Source: Candidatus Buchananbacteria bacterium (GTDB lineage: Bacteria > Patescibacteriota > Patescibacteriia > Buchananbacterales > UBA6539). Taken from it: a stretch of DNA of 64,000 bases. Both the position numbers and the translations under genes were made by a program. The stretch lies in the NCBI GenBank assembly GCA_041664165.1, contig JBAYLH010000001.1, positions 73,469 through 137,468 of the forward strand. The letters are read 5' to 3'. The notes under the pieces were generated by a model, which saw only the letters and a list, made by a program, of their open reading frames with translations, searched no databases and was not told where the DNA came from. Below are positions 9,831 to 17,932 of the stretch, one piece after another. The number at the start of each line of letters is the position of its first letter. The first letter of the stretch is position 1.

Positions 9831-10625
9831 TTAGTGGCGCCAAGCCCTGCGGTGACCGCGCATCCTTTCCGCCGCGCCGGCTTCTTCGTCGCGGATTACT
9901 TTGCCGGTTAGATTCAAAAAGGCATCTTCCAAAGTTTGAGTGCTAGTTTTTTGCTTTAATTCAGCCGGACTGCCGGCGGCAATGATTTTACCATGGTCAA
10001 TAATGGCGACCTGGCCGGCAGCGCGATCCGCTTCTTCCATGTAATGAGTCGTAAAAAACACCGTCATGCCTTCGTCTTTATTTAATTTTTTAATGTAATT
10101 CCAAATATGATTTCGCGTCTGCGGATCAAGTCCCAAAGTCGGCTCGTCTAAAAATAAAATTTTAGGGTGATGAATTAGGCCGCGGGCGATTTCTAACCTT
10201 CTTTTCATCCCGCCGGAAAACTTTTTAACTAGTTCATTTTTACGATCCCAAAGTTCGACGAATTTCAGCATCTCTTCAATCCGCTCGCGCCTGACTTTTT
10301 TTGGCACGCCATAAAGTACGCCGTGAAATTCCAAATTTTCCCAGGCCGTTAATTCATCGTCCAAACTTTGATCCTGAAACACAATGCCAAAAGAATGCCG
10401 AACCGCATCCTGAGCCGTTACCGGATCATAACCGTTAACTGAAATTTTGCCATCAGTCGGCGAAAGCAAAGTCGTCAGCATCTTGATCGTCGTGGTTTTG
10501 CCCGCGCCGTTTGGCCCCAAAAAAGCAAAAATACCCCCTTTTTCCACATTGAAGGAGATATTGTCCACGGCCGTAAAATTACCGAATTTTTTGGTTAAAT
10601 TTGCAACATCAATCATAGTTTGCAT
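9831..10625 (-). CDS. ABC transporter ATP-binding protein (DrrA-like)
   Basis: Walker A GPNGAGKTT, signature FSGGMKRRLEIARGL, and Walker B LFLDEPTLGLD. Confidence 0.9.
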   Translation of the reverse strand: MQTMIDVANLTKKFGNFTAVDNISFNVEKGGIFAFLGPNGAGKTTTIKMLTTLLSPTDGKISVNGYDPVTAQDAVRHSFGIVFQDQSLDDELTAWENLEFHGVLYGVPKKVRRERIEEMLKFVELWDRKNELVKKFSGGMKRRLEIARGLIHHPKILFLDEPTLGLDPQTRNHIWNYIKKLNKDEGMTVFFTTHYMEEADRAAGQVAIIDHGKIIAAGSPAELKQKTSTQTLEDAFLNLTGKVIRDEEAGAAERMRGHRRAWRH

Positions 10626-10701
10626 TTCCTAACTTACAAAAATTATACCATTATCACCCTTGAGTGTAAAACTAAAATTATGCTTAATTGAGAAACATAA
10701 T

Positions 10702-10731
10702 AAAAAAAAGACTGGGTGTAAATCCAGTCTT
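10702..10731 (-). terminator. Rho-independent terminator (minus strand)
   Basis: Minus-sense AGACTGG-atttacac-CCAGTCT followed by U8. Confidence 0.7.
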
Positions 10732-10744
10732 CACAAAGGTCAAT

Positions 10745-11104
10745 CTAGGCCGAAAGAACTCCCTCATCTAAGAAGGCGGCCATAGTTCTAAGACCATCCA
10801 ACTTCTTTTCGAGAATCAATTTTGCATCTTCTGTTTGTTGGTTTAGAAACTGGCGAAATTCACCGGCAAAACTACCCCCCAAGGCAAACCTCACGCTGTA
10901 CTGGCCGCCAGTTGAGCTTGATCCCGAAAAATGGAGAACAAAACTATCATTCCCATTAGTCCCAAATGTTGCCTCATGCCAAACATCTTGAGGAAAGGGT
11001 ATCTGCCACAAGAACTTAACTACCTCCCGGCACTCTGGCGGCAAAGACCCAATGTTATCCTCGGTTACTTCCCCTATCTTTGGAAAAAAAAGTTTGATCC
11101 TCAT
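10745..11104 (-). CDS. Hypothetical small protein (paralog of 12768..13142)
   Basis: 119 aa with a strong SD AAGGAGGGAG. It shares G..F.V..S.SSS, SVRFALGG/SVSFVGGG and the C-terminal LILEKKLDG/LRLEKILG segments with the 124-aa ORF. Confidence 0.55.
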   Translation of the reverse strand: MRIKLFFPKIGEVTEDNIGSLPPECREVVKFLWQIPFPQDVWHEATFGTNGNDSFVLHFSGSSSTGGQYSVRFALGGSFAGEFRQFLNQQTEDAKLILEKKLDGLRTMAAFLDEGVLSA

Positions 11105-11159
11105 TGCACTCCCTCCTTTTACCCATTCGGGTCTAAGTTGTCAAAAAAACTTCGCCGCT

Positions 11160-11262
11160 AATTAAAACAACCTTCCGGGTGGAAGGCCTTGTTTGACTTG
11201 TCAGCTTGCTTTTTGGCTGACTAATTAACTATGGCTAAACCTTCCACCCTGAGGCTGGAGCA
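11160..11262 (-). promoter_or_regulatory. Attenuator-like leader A: terminator hairpin CCUUCC-ACCC-GGAAGG plus U-run, with an upstream complementary GGGUGGAAGG
   Basis: In minus sense the order is CCAGCCUCAGGGUGGAAGG, about 50 nt, GGCCUUCCACCCGGAAGGUUGUUUU, then SD and ATG. The same architecture recurs at 13212..13300. Confidence 0.55.
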
Positions 11263-11339
11263 ACAACAAACCTAACAATAAATTGGTTTGGGTAAAGGTT
11301 AATTTCATAGTGATTTCAGCTTATTGTATCCCGAAAAAA

Positions 11340-11470
11340 TTGTCAACCCGGTAGTAGTCCCTCACTTTCAGATAGAGAAAATGCTTGAACATCTATTATT
11401 ACAAATAAAATAAAAATAATTATTTTTATTTTATTTGATGAAGTGAGGGATCACTACCGGGTCAAATTGC
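11340..11470. repeat. Large imperfect inverted repeat (~24-bp arms, ~70-bp AT-rich spacer containing a perfect 34-bp palindrome)
   Basis: Arm CAACCCGGTAGTAGTCCCTCACTT (11344-11367) pairs with AAGTGAGGGATCACTACCGGGTCA (11441-11464). The centre AAATAAAATAAAAATAATTATTTTTATTTTATTT is palindromic. Confidence 0.7.
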
Positions 11471-11521
11471 CGGTTTGGACTAAAAGAAAAAACCCGCAGT
11501 CAAGACGACTACGGGTCGAAA

Positions 11522-11794
11522 TCAGAGCTTAACGCCGCAATTGGCCAAATCCTCCAACGTCCTGGCGTCAGGCTCAACGCCATGGTTTTCCTTAAGCGCC
11601 CGGATAACAGCCGGAACGCAACGATCGCGCAGATCAGCCAGTCTGGCTTCTCTTCGGCCGTTTTTTTCGCTGCCGGATTGAGATGTTTTTCTCAATTTGC
11701 CTATTAGCCCAAACATCTCCGTGATATGCCATCTTAGCCGCCATTTCAGGCATAAAACATTCGGCAAGACTTTTTCACTACCAGTGCCTGTCAT
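11522..11794 (-). CDS. Hypothetical protein (90 aa, basic)
   Basis: GGAGG SD upstream, in the GC-rich island. No family recognised. Confidence 0.4.
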   Translation of the reverse strand: MTGTGSEKVLPNVLCLKWRLRWHITEMFGLIGKLRKTSQSGSEKNGRREARLADLRDRCVPAVIRALKENHGVEPDARTLEDLANCGVKL

Positions 11795-11810
11795 GAAAGT
11801 ATCCTCCGTT

Positions 11811-12458
11811 TCAAGCTACAGTCGTAGCGCCAATGGCAATCGTTGCAAAATCGTTAAGATCGGGCGTAGCCCAGTCAACCCAGCTTTTACAGCAACTGAC
11901 CGGAAAATCGACAATGATAATCCCGGCCTCAGGATCAACGCGCAAGGCAATCCGATGGTCAGTGGTAATACCACGAAACTGGCAATACCACTCGGGCCAA
12001 TCTTGCAGTTTGACGACATCTCTGCACCAGAAATAACCCCAGCCAAAGTCAGGATACTTACCCTCCGGGTCTTGGCGCTGATAGGCAAAGATCGCAGCAA
12101 TGGCTTCAACGGCCGAAATCGGCTGAAAATTCTCCGGCAGCTGCTCGGCCTGCTGGTCAAAGGTCTGACCGTGAACTTTGCCGCTATCGGCAACGGCCAA
12201 AAAATGACACTGACTAACTGGCGACTGGCGCAAAAATGCCATCTGCCTGTAGCGGCCAAAAAGCGGATGATCCCGAAACTGGCACTCGTTTAGCCACCGT
12301 GGTCGCGAGCCAAAACCCCGCGTCCAACCGGCAATGGAATCCGGTTCACCAACGACTGGCTGAGCCTCAATTGTGACAAAATCTTCACTTGCCAGCCTGC
12401 CAGCGGCCAGCGGCGTATGACCAGTGATCCCCTTGGCTGATTCCAACAATGCTCCCAT
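11811..12458 (-). CDS. Hypothetical protein (215 aa, Trp/Cys-rich)
   Basis: GAAGGAGGG SD upstream and GC-rich codon usage that differs from the flanking genes. No family recognised. Confidence 0.5.
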   Translation of the reverse strand: MGALLESAKGITGHTPLAAGRLASEDFVTIEAQPVVGEPDSIAGWTRGFGSRPRWLNECQFRDHPLFGRYRQMAFLRQSPVSQCHFLAVADSGKVHGQTFDQQAEQLPENFQPISAVEAIAAIFAYQRQDPEGKYPDFGWGYFWCRDVVKLQDWPEWYCQFRGITTDHRIALRVDPEAGIIIVDFPVSCCKSWVDWATPDLNDFATIAIGATTVA

Positions 12459-12704
12459 CGCTTTTGACCCTCCTTCTAATTACGGCCAATCTCCAGACTT
12501 AATAATGACAATGAACCAAAAAACAAAAACTAGTCATTTTAGACTAGGTAATTGCTGCTAATTGCTATTGTTTAAGCCAAACTACCCAGTCTTTTGACCA
12601 GCTACCAATACGGTTCTGCCGTCTAAAATTTGGCAAGCTATAGATTTCATAAATCCAGTTTAACAGACTTAAAAAATATGTCAAACCGACCACTAAAAAC
12701 CTTA

Positions 12705-12745
12705 AAAAAAAGAGGAGTCAACTAACAAAAGCAGTTGACCCCAAC
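12705..12745 (-). terminator. Terminator after the 124-aa paralog
   Basis: Minus-sense GGGGTCAACT...AGTTGACTCC followed by UCUUUUUUUU. Confidence 0.55.
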
Positions 12746-12767
12746 TAATAACTTGATTAGTCCGGTC

Positions 12768-13142
12768 TTAGCCGAGAATCTTTTCAAGCCTCAACTCCGG
12801 TTCGCCATTTTGACGAAGGCCATTGTAACGAATACAAAGAGCAATAAGGATTGCTACTGGTTCGCTACGATCGTTACCAATAGCTTGACCACCGCCAACA
12901 AATGATACCGAGGCTCTTTGGTCTTTGAAGGTATGTTCTTCCACCTCCGGCAAATTTGAACCAGCCGGCAAAATCTGCACTAAGGCCAGTCGTACTGCTT
13001 TAGCCAAACTTAAGTCTCTACTAATGAATTCTTGTTTTGAGCTTGAACATGAAACAGCCACTTCAAATTGTTGCCCCTCCTGACCGCCGGTTACGCGCAT
13101 TTGTTTCCAATTCACATAAATACGGCCATTACCTTGCCTCAT
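12768..13142 (-). CDS. Hypothetical small protein (paralog of 10745..11104); ATG at 13142 preferred over the GTG at 13178 used by the track
   Basis: AGGAGGAG SD precedes the ATG (MRQGNGRIY...), and the GTG extension would contain the SD. See the paralog for the shared motifs. Confidence 0.5.
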   Translation of the reverse strand: MRQGNGRIYVNWKQMRVTGGQEGQQFEVAVSCSSSKQEFISRDLSLAKAVRLALVQILPAGSNLPEVEEHTFKDQRASVSFVGGGQAIGNDRSEPVAILIALCIRYNGLRQNGEPELRLEKILG

Positions 13143-13211
13143 ACTATCACTCCTCCTAGACCAGTTCCCTGACGCCACTCTCAGCTAAGCCTTGTTCTAC
13201 TAAGCAAGACA

Positions 13212-13300
13212 ATTAAAAAAACCTTCCGGGTGGAAGGTCTCTTGTATCGTCTAACTTGGTAGTTTACATACTGCTAAGACTTCCACCCAAAGGCTGGCTA
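13212..13300 (-). promoter_or_regulatory. Attenuator-like leader B (same family as leader A)
   Basis: In minus sense the order is AGCCAGCCUUUGGGUGGAAG, about 50 nt, then CCUUCCACCCGGAAGG followed by U7. Confidence 0.6.
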
Positions 13301-13604
13301 ATGATAATGCCGATAATAATATTGCGCTGGATTGAAGTCATATTTTTAATATTAGTATCTTAAACCATCGGCAAAAATCAGTCAAGACCTAATTATAACT
13401 AATTAAACTACCGATAGTTGCCGCCTGCGCCTGAAAAGCATAAGCCGCCCAGCCGAGAAAAAATAATAAAATCATGATGGAAAGAATGGAAAAACCCAAA
13501 AACAAACCGGCTTCACGCAGACTTTGGACTCGTGATTTCGGCTTAGAGCGATAATTTTTGCTTAAATATGGCATTTTTTATCTCATTAAAAAACCTAACT
13601 AAAC

Positions 13605-13736
13605 TTATTCAATATGATCGTGAATAAACTTAATTAGGTCTTTTTCGAATACGCGATAAGTTTTATGGCCGATTTTTGCCGCCCGCAATTGCTTAGAAGA
13701 AACCCAGCGGTAAACCGTTTTTAGGCTTACTTTCAT
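13605..13736 (-). CDS. Small helix-turn-helix DNA-binding protein (excisionase/MerR-like HTH); an alternative GTG start at 13781 gives 58 aa
   Basis: The translation ...LTLEEVAGIMKVSLKTVYRWVSSKQLRAAKIGHKTYRVFEKDLIKFI has the typical excisionase-family HTH pattern. It is under 60 aa, so it is absent from the track. Confidence 0.45.
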   Translation of the reverse strand: MKVSLKTVYRWVSSKQLRAAKIGHKTYRVFEKDLIKFIHDHIE

Positions 13737-13810
13737 TATCCCGGCAACCTCTTCCAAGGTGAGAATTCGGTAGCTAGACACGTTTTTTGCTTAGTGGCTC
13801 CATGAGTTTA

Positions 13811-13870
13811 ATTGTAAAAGATTTTGTCCATCATTGTCAAGCATAAGTTAATCATTGTCCACCATTGTCC
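13811..13870 (-). promoter_or_regulatory. Putative promoter (minus sense TTGACA-N18-TACAAT) overlapped by three GACAATG direct repeats, upstream of the HTH gene
   Basis: Plus strand has attgta at 13811-16 and tgtcaa at 13835-40. The repeats are catcATTGTCaag, aatcATTGTCcac and ccATTGTCcag. Confidence 0.4.
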
Positions 13871-13969
13871 AGTATGCCGGAATTTAAACTATCATAAAAA
13901 ATGACCTATTAAAGCCATTTTTTATCAATTTATCTAATTTTTTTGGTAACCTATTCAACCACTAGCCAC

Positions 13970-14569
13970 CTAGCCAAACATGACATCCTCGTCGGTCCTT
14001 TTGTAGTTATCCACAATATCAACATTTTTAAACCAAAGCTGTTCTTCATATTTAGCTTCTTCGGGATTGCCGGAAGCATGCATAATATTATGAACGGCTC
14101 GCTTTTTAACATTAGCCAAAGCCGGCGAATCAATCGAAAAATCTCCTCTGATTGTTCCCGGCGTGGCAAAAACCGGCAGAGTATTTCCAGCCAAAGTCCG
14201 GACATTATCAATGGCGTGAACGCCTTCGAGCAAAATCGCCACCACCGGTCCGGAAGTGATAAATTCAACGTTCCATTTATTGACCATTTTGCCGATATCT
14301 TCCGCCGTTAAATCGCCGAATTCTTCTTTCGGATCCCGGCCGTATTTTTCGTAAGTGTCTAAAGTTTTTTGGCCGATTCCTTTCATTAATTCCGTCCGGC
14401 TTTCGGGATAATGTTTGCCGGCTAAAACTTCGTCAACCCAGACTAATTTTAAAGCTTTTATTTTCAAGCCCATTTTCTCAAAGCGGGAAATAACTTCGCC
14501 AATCAAACCGCGCTTAACGCCGTCAGGTTTAATTAAGACAATTGTTCTTTCTAGTTGTAGATCTGACAT
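13970..14569 (-). CDS. ndk: Nucleoside diphosphate kinase with C-terminal extension
   Basis: IVLIKPDGVKRGLIGEVISRFE and the NIMHAS active-site His region are present. The 199 aa is longer than a canonical NDK. Confidence 0.88.
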   Translation of the reverse strand: MSDLQLERTIVLIKPDGVKRGLIGEVISRFEKMGLKIKALKLVWVDEVLAGKHYPESRTELMKGIGQKTLDTYEKYGRDPKEEFGDLTAEDIGKMVNKWNVEFITSGPVVAILLEGVHAIDNVRTLAGNTLPVFATPGTIRGDFSIDSPALANVKKRAVHNIMHASGNPEEAKYEEQLWFKNVDIVDNYKRTDEDVMFG

Positions 14570-14640
14570 ATTTTAGAAATTAGGAATTAGGAATTAGGAA
14601 TTAGGAATTAGGATTAGTTCTACTTCCTACTTCCCAGCCC

Positions 14641-15021
14641 TTACTTGTCCAAATATGATTTAATTTTATCGACGATTTGCGCCGGCGTCATTGAAGCTTT
14701 AACAATATAGCCGTCGGCACCCAATTGCTTGCCTTTTTCAATATCGCTTTCCTGGCCTAAATTAGAAAGCATCAAAATCGGCGTATCTTTGGTTTTAGGA
14801 TTTTTTCTTAATTCGACTAAAACCGCAAAGCCATCCATTTTCGGCATCATGATATCCAATAAAATCACCTGCGGCAATTCTTTCAAGGCCAAGTCCAATC
14901 CAGCCAAGCCGTCAGCCGCCGTTATTAAATTAAGCTGAACTTCTTTAAATTTTAGAGCATACATCTCTAGCAAGGTATCATCATCTTCAACTAGCAAAAT
15001 TTTGGCGCTGATATTACTCAT
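14641..15021 (-). CDS. Stand-alone response regulator receiver domain (CheY-like)
   Basis: 126 aa with LLVEDDD, DIMMPKMDG phospho-acceptor Asp context and a conserved Lys near the C-terminus. Confidence 0.85.
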   Translation of the reverse strand: MSNISAKILLVEDDDTLLEMYALKFKEVQLNLITAADGLAGLDLALKELPQVILLDIMMPKMDGFAVLVELRKNPKTKDTPILMLSNLGQESDIEKGKQLGADGYIVKASMTPAQIVDKIKSYLDK

Positions 15022-15031
15022 ATACTAAATA

Positions 15032-15922
15032 TTATAGCAGATTTCTGATTTTTTTCAAGGGCGTAATTTTTTCAAAATAAAACTGCTGGCCGGTGCTGTA
15101 AAAATATAAATCGCCGTCAAAATCGGTTCGAAAAATTTTCGCGCCAATCGACTGCAGTTCATCAATGGTTTTTTGCTGGGGCAAGCCAAATTTATTATCC
15201 AGGCCGCAAGGAATGACGGCATAAATTGGCTTTACCGCCTGCAAAAATAACGGGTTATTGGCATTGCCCGAGCCATGATGGCCGACTTTTAAAATTTCCG
15301 CCCGCAAGTCAAGATTTTCTCTGACTAAGTCTTCTTCAATTTCCAAATCCCCCGGCAAAAGAACCGCGGTTTGGCCGTAAACCAACTTCAAAACTATTGA
15401 GCTGTCATTTAAATTTTTAATTTTCTCCGTTTTTAAGCTGGTCTCGGGAAATAAAATAAAAAAATTTGTCTTGCTGCCCAATGGCATAATTCCCCGCCGG
15501 TTTAAAATTTCAATTTCAATCTTATTTTGCCGAGCCAAATTGAGAAATAGCTGATACTCAAAAAGCTGGCTTGTAACATCGGTGATTAAAATTTTTTTGA
15601 CTTGGTATCTTTTTAAAACTTCAATCAAACCGACAACATGATCGGCGTGCGGATGGGTTAAAACCATTAGATCAATCTTGCGGTCATAAAAGGGCAAATA
15701 TTTACCCAATCCGTAAATCACCTCGTTATCCGGCCCGCCGTCCACCAAGATATTATGGCGATCCGGGGTGATAATTAAAGTGGCGTCGCCTTGGCCAACC
15801 GCCAAAAAATAAACTGCCAAATTTCTCGGCTGAAGCGCCAAAAATAAAAAAACTGCCAAAATAACAATGCCGGCGATAACTGCCAGATAAAACTTTAAAA
15901 TTCTGTTTTTAATCTTAGACAT
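15032..15922 (-). CDS. ComEC-type metallo-beta-lactamase domain protein (C-terminal module of ComEC as a separate ORF)
   Basis: HPHADHVVG MBL motif and an N-terminal TM anchor. Its start overlaps the stop of the upstream ComEC N-terminal ORF by 4 nt. Confidence 0.75.
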   Translation of the reverse strand: MSKIKNRILKFYLAVIAGIVILAVFLFLALQPRNLAVYFLAVGQGDATLIITPDRHNILVDGGPDNEVIYGLGKYLPFYDRKIDLMVLTHPHADHVVGLIEVLKRYQVKKILITDVTSQLFEYQLFLNLARQNKIEIEILNRRGIMPLGSKTNFFILFPETSLKTEKIKNLNDSSIVLKLVYGQTAVLLPGDLEIEEDLVRENLDLRAEILKVGHHGSGNANNPLFLQAVKPIYAVIPCGLDNKFGLPQQKTIDELQSIGAKIFRTDFDGDLYFYSTGQQFYFEKITPLKKIRNLL

Positions 15923-15925
15923 AAA

Positions 15926-17314
15926 TTATAGGCTAATGGCGGCAAAAGGGATGGCGGCAAAAAATTCCACGACTTTAATTAAATAAGTTAAGCCCAGCCA
16001 AAGCGGGAAAAACAGCGCCGAATAGGAAAAAAATAAGCTTAAAAATAAAACCACAAAACCGGCAATGGTTAAAAACGGCAAAAGTGCTACCACGAATAAA
16101 TTAGTAATCGGGCCAATCAATGACAACCGGCCGAAGTTATAAATAATCAAAGGCAAAGTCGACAGCTGAGCCGCTAAAGTCATTTGCAGCGATTCTTTAA
16201 CTCCCAAAAAATTGGAAAACTTAGAAAACCTATTTTCTAAAAGCGGCAGAAAATAAATCAGACCCAAGACCGCTAAAAATGACAGCTGAAAACCGACGTC
16301 ATCGCGCAAAATTTTGGGATTAATAAAAATCATCGCGGCGGCGGTAAAAATCAAGGCGTTAGCTGCTCGGTTCAGCCGACCCAAATGACGAGCCAGCAGC
16401 GCCAAATAACCCATAATCGCCGCCCGCACCGCTGAGGCCGGCGCCCCGACCAAAATAATATAAAAAATCAGGGCAAAGGTAATCAGCCAAAACGCTTTTT
16501 TCCGAGAAATATAAAAATTCAAAAGTAAGTCAAGCAGCAAGGCGGAAATAATCGTGATATTCATGCCGGAAATCGCGATTAGATGCGTCGTAGCGGTGAT
16601 ATTGAATTTATCCATCAAGGCCTGGGGTAATCCCCTTCTGGCGCCTAAAATTATGGCAGCAAACAAGCTGGCCTGGGGTTCGGGCAAATTGGAATTAATG
16701 ATTTGCAGCAGTTTATTTTTGAAACCAAAAATCTCAGTTAAAAGCCAGTCGCCATTGCCGGCGGCGATTAATTTTATTTTAGGATAAATACATTCGCTAT
16801 AGATACCGTCTTTGGCTAAATAGCGGTCATAGGCAAAATCAGCAAAGCTCTGGGGCGCGGACAAGCGGCAGCTGACCGTCACTAAATCGCCATATTGATA
16901 TTGGGGATACAAATTGGCCGTTACCAAAACTTGGCCGGAAATTTTTGAGTTGCCACTAATTTTTGCTATTTCCAAAACAGAAATTATCAATCTGATCCGG
17001 TTAGTCCTAATATCCGGCTCTTCGGTAACTACTCCGGTAAAATCAATTTTCTGGCTATTATAAAACCAAATTTTTGTTTCATTAGTCACTGGCAAAGACA
17101 GCTGGTAACGGAAAATACCAAAAATAAAAATGATGCCACCGATCAGAATCCACCGATAAAATTGCCTGGGCCAAAGCAACGACAACAAGATTAAAAAAAA
17201 GAGAATAAATAAACCCAGATAAAAATAATCAAAAAAAACAAACGAGGCTAAGCCAACCCCGGCAATAAAACAAAGAAGAAAATAACAAAAAATTTTAGAC
17301 TGGCTATTAAACAT
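15926..17314 (-). CDS. comEC: ComEC/Rec2 N-terminal membrane module (DUF4131 plus Competence domain)
   Basis: 462 aa polytopic membrane protein whose competence-domain segment includes a conserved HLIAISGMN-like motif. Confidence 0.75.
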   Translation of the reverse strand: MFNSQSKIFCYFLLCFIAGVGLASFVFFDYFYLGLFILFFLILLSLLWPRQFYRWILIGGIIFIFGIFRYQLSLPVTNETKIWFYNSQKIDFTGVVTEEPDIRTNRIRLIISVLEIAKISGNSKISGQVLVTANLYPQYQYGDLVTVSCRLSAPQSFADFAYDRYLAKDGIYSECIYPKIKLIAAGNGDWLLTEIFGFKNKLLQIINSNLPEPQASLFAAIILGARRGLPQALMDKFNITATTHLIAISGMNITIISALLLDLLLNFYISRKKAFWLITFALIFYIILVGAPASAVRAAIMGYLALLARHLGRLNRAANALIFTAAAMIFINPKILRDDVGFQLSFLAVLGLIYFLPLLENRFSKFSNFLGVKESLQMTLAAQLSTLPLIIYNFGRLSLIGPITNLFVVALLPFLTIAGFVVLFLSLFFSYSALFFPLWLGLTYLIKVVEFFAAIPFAAISL

Positions 17315-17405
17315 GGTAATGGGACACGGATCAAATAAATTAAACGGATTTGCACGAATCTAATCCGTGCCAATCTATCTCATCCGTGTTTATCCGCGTT
17401 CTATT
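17314..17405. repeat. 92-bp perfect direct repeat, copy 1 (abuts the comEC start codon; encodes the C-terminal 22 aa of the GxxExxY ORF)
   Basis: It is identical, by direct comparison of the two sequences, to 17783..17874. It contains CACGGAT/ATCCGTG sub-repeats. Confidence 0.9.
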
Positions 17406-17780
17406 ATTTTTTATTTTATTATCATAAATTTTCCTTTTAAACTGCGGCTGCTTGCCGAAGTTAAACAACAATCCTACTTCAAACTCGGTTGCTTTTAAAT
17501 AATTCAATAACTGGGCTTCATGTTCTGGGCATAAATTTTCAGCGGCTTTCAGCTCTAAAATAATTTTATCTCCTGCGACAATATCGGCAAAATAATCACC
17601 TACTAAATTCTCATGATAATAAACCTTGATGGGAACCTGCCTACGACATAATAGACCTAGTCTGAATAATTCAATTGCCATTGCATTTTCATAAACTTTT
17701 TCTAGAAATCCATAGCCCAATTCATTATAAACATTGTAGAATGCTCTGATTATTAATTCTGATTCTTGTTCATATTTCAT
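17340..17780 (-). CDS. GxxExxY-family protein (PD-(D/E)XK nuclease-like)
   Basis: 146 aa. The motifs GYGFLEKVYENA and EAQLLNYLKATEFEVGLLFNFG fit the GxxExxY family. Confidence 0.7.
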   Translation of the reverse strand: MKYEQESELIIRAFYNVYNELGYGFLEKVYENAMAIELFRLGLLCRRQVPIKVYYHENLVGDYFADIVAGDKIILELKAAENLCPEHEAQLLNYLKATEFEVGLLFNFGKQPQFKRKIYDNKIKNNRTRINTDEIDWHGLDSCKSV

Positions 17781-17782
17781 AT

Positions 17783-17874
17783 TGGTAATGGGACACGGAT
17801 CAAATAAATTAAACGGATTTGCACGAATCTAATCCGTGCCAATCTATCTCATCCGTGTTTATCCGCGTTCTATT
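17783..17874. repeat. 92-bp perfect direct repeat, copy 2 (immediately upstream of the GxxExxY start)
   Basis: Identical to 17314..17405. Confidence 0.9.
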
Positions 17875-17891
17875 TAATTTAATAATAAAAA

Positions 17892-17915
17892 CGCACTTTT
17901 GATGCGCTATGTTGA
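17892..17915 (-). terminator. Terminator after ahcY
   Basis: Minus-sense AGCGCA-ucaaaag-UGCGUU followed by UUUAUUAUU. Confidence 0.5.
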
Positions 17916-17932
17916 TTAAATTTAAATTTTAA

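Noticed and set aside
13943-14311. Plus-strand 122-aa ORF and minus 105-aa ORF overlapping ndk
   Set aside because: They are alternative frames of a confidently identified NDK gene.
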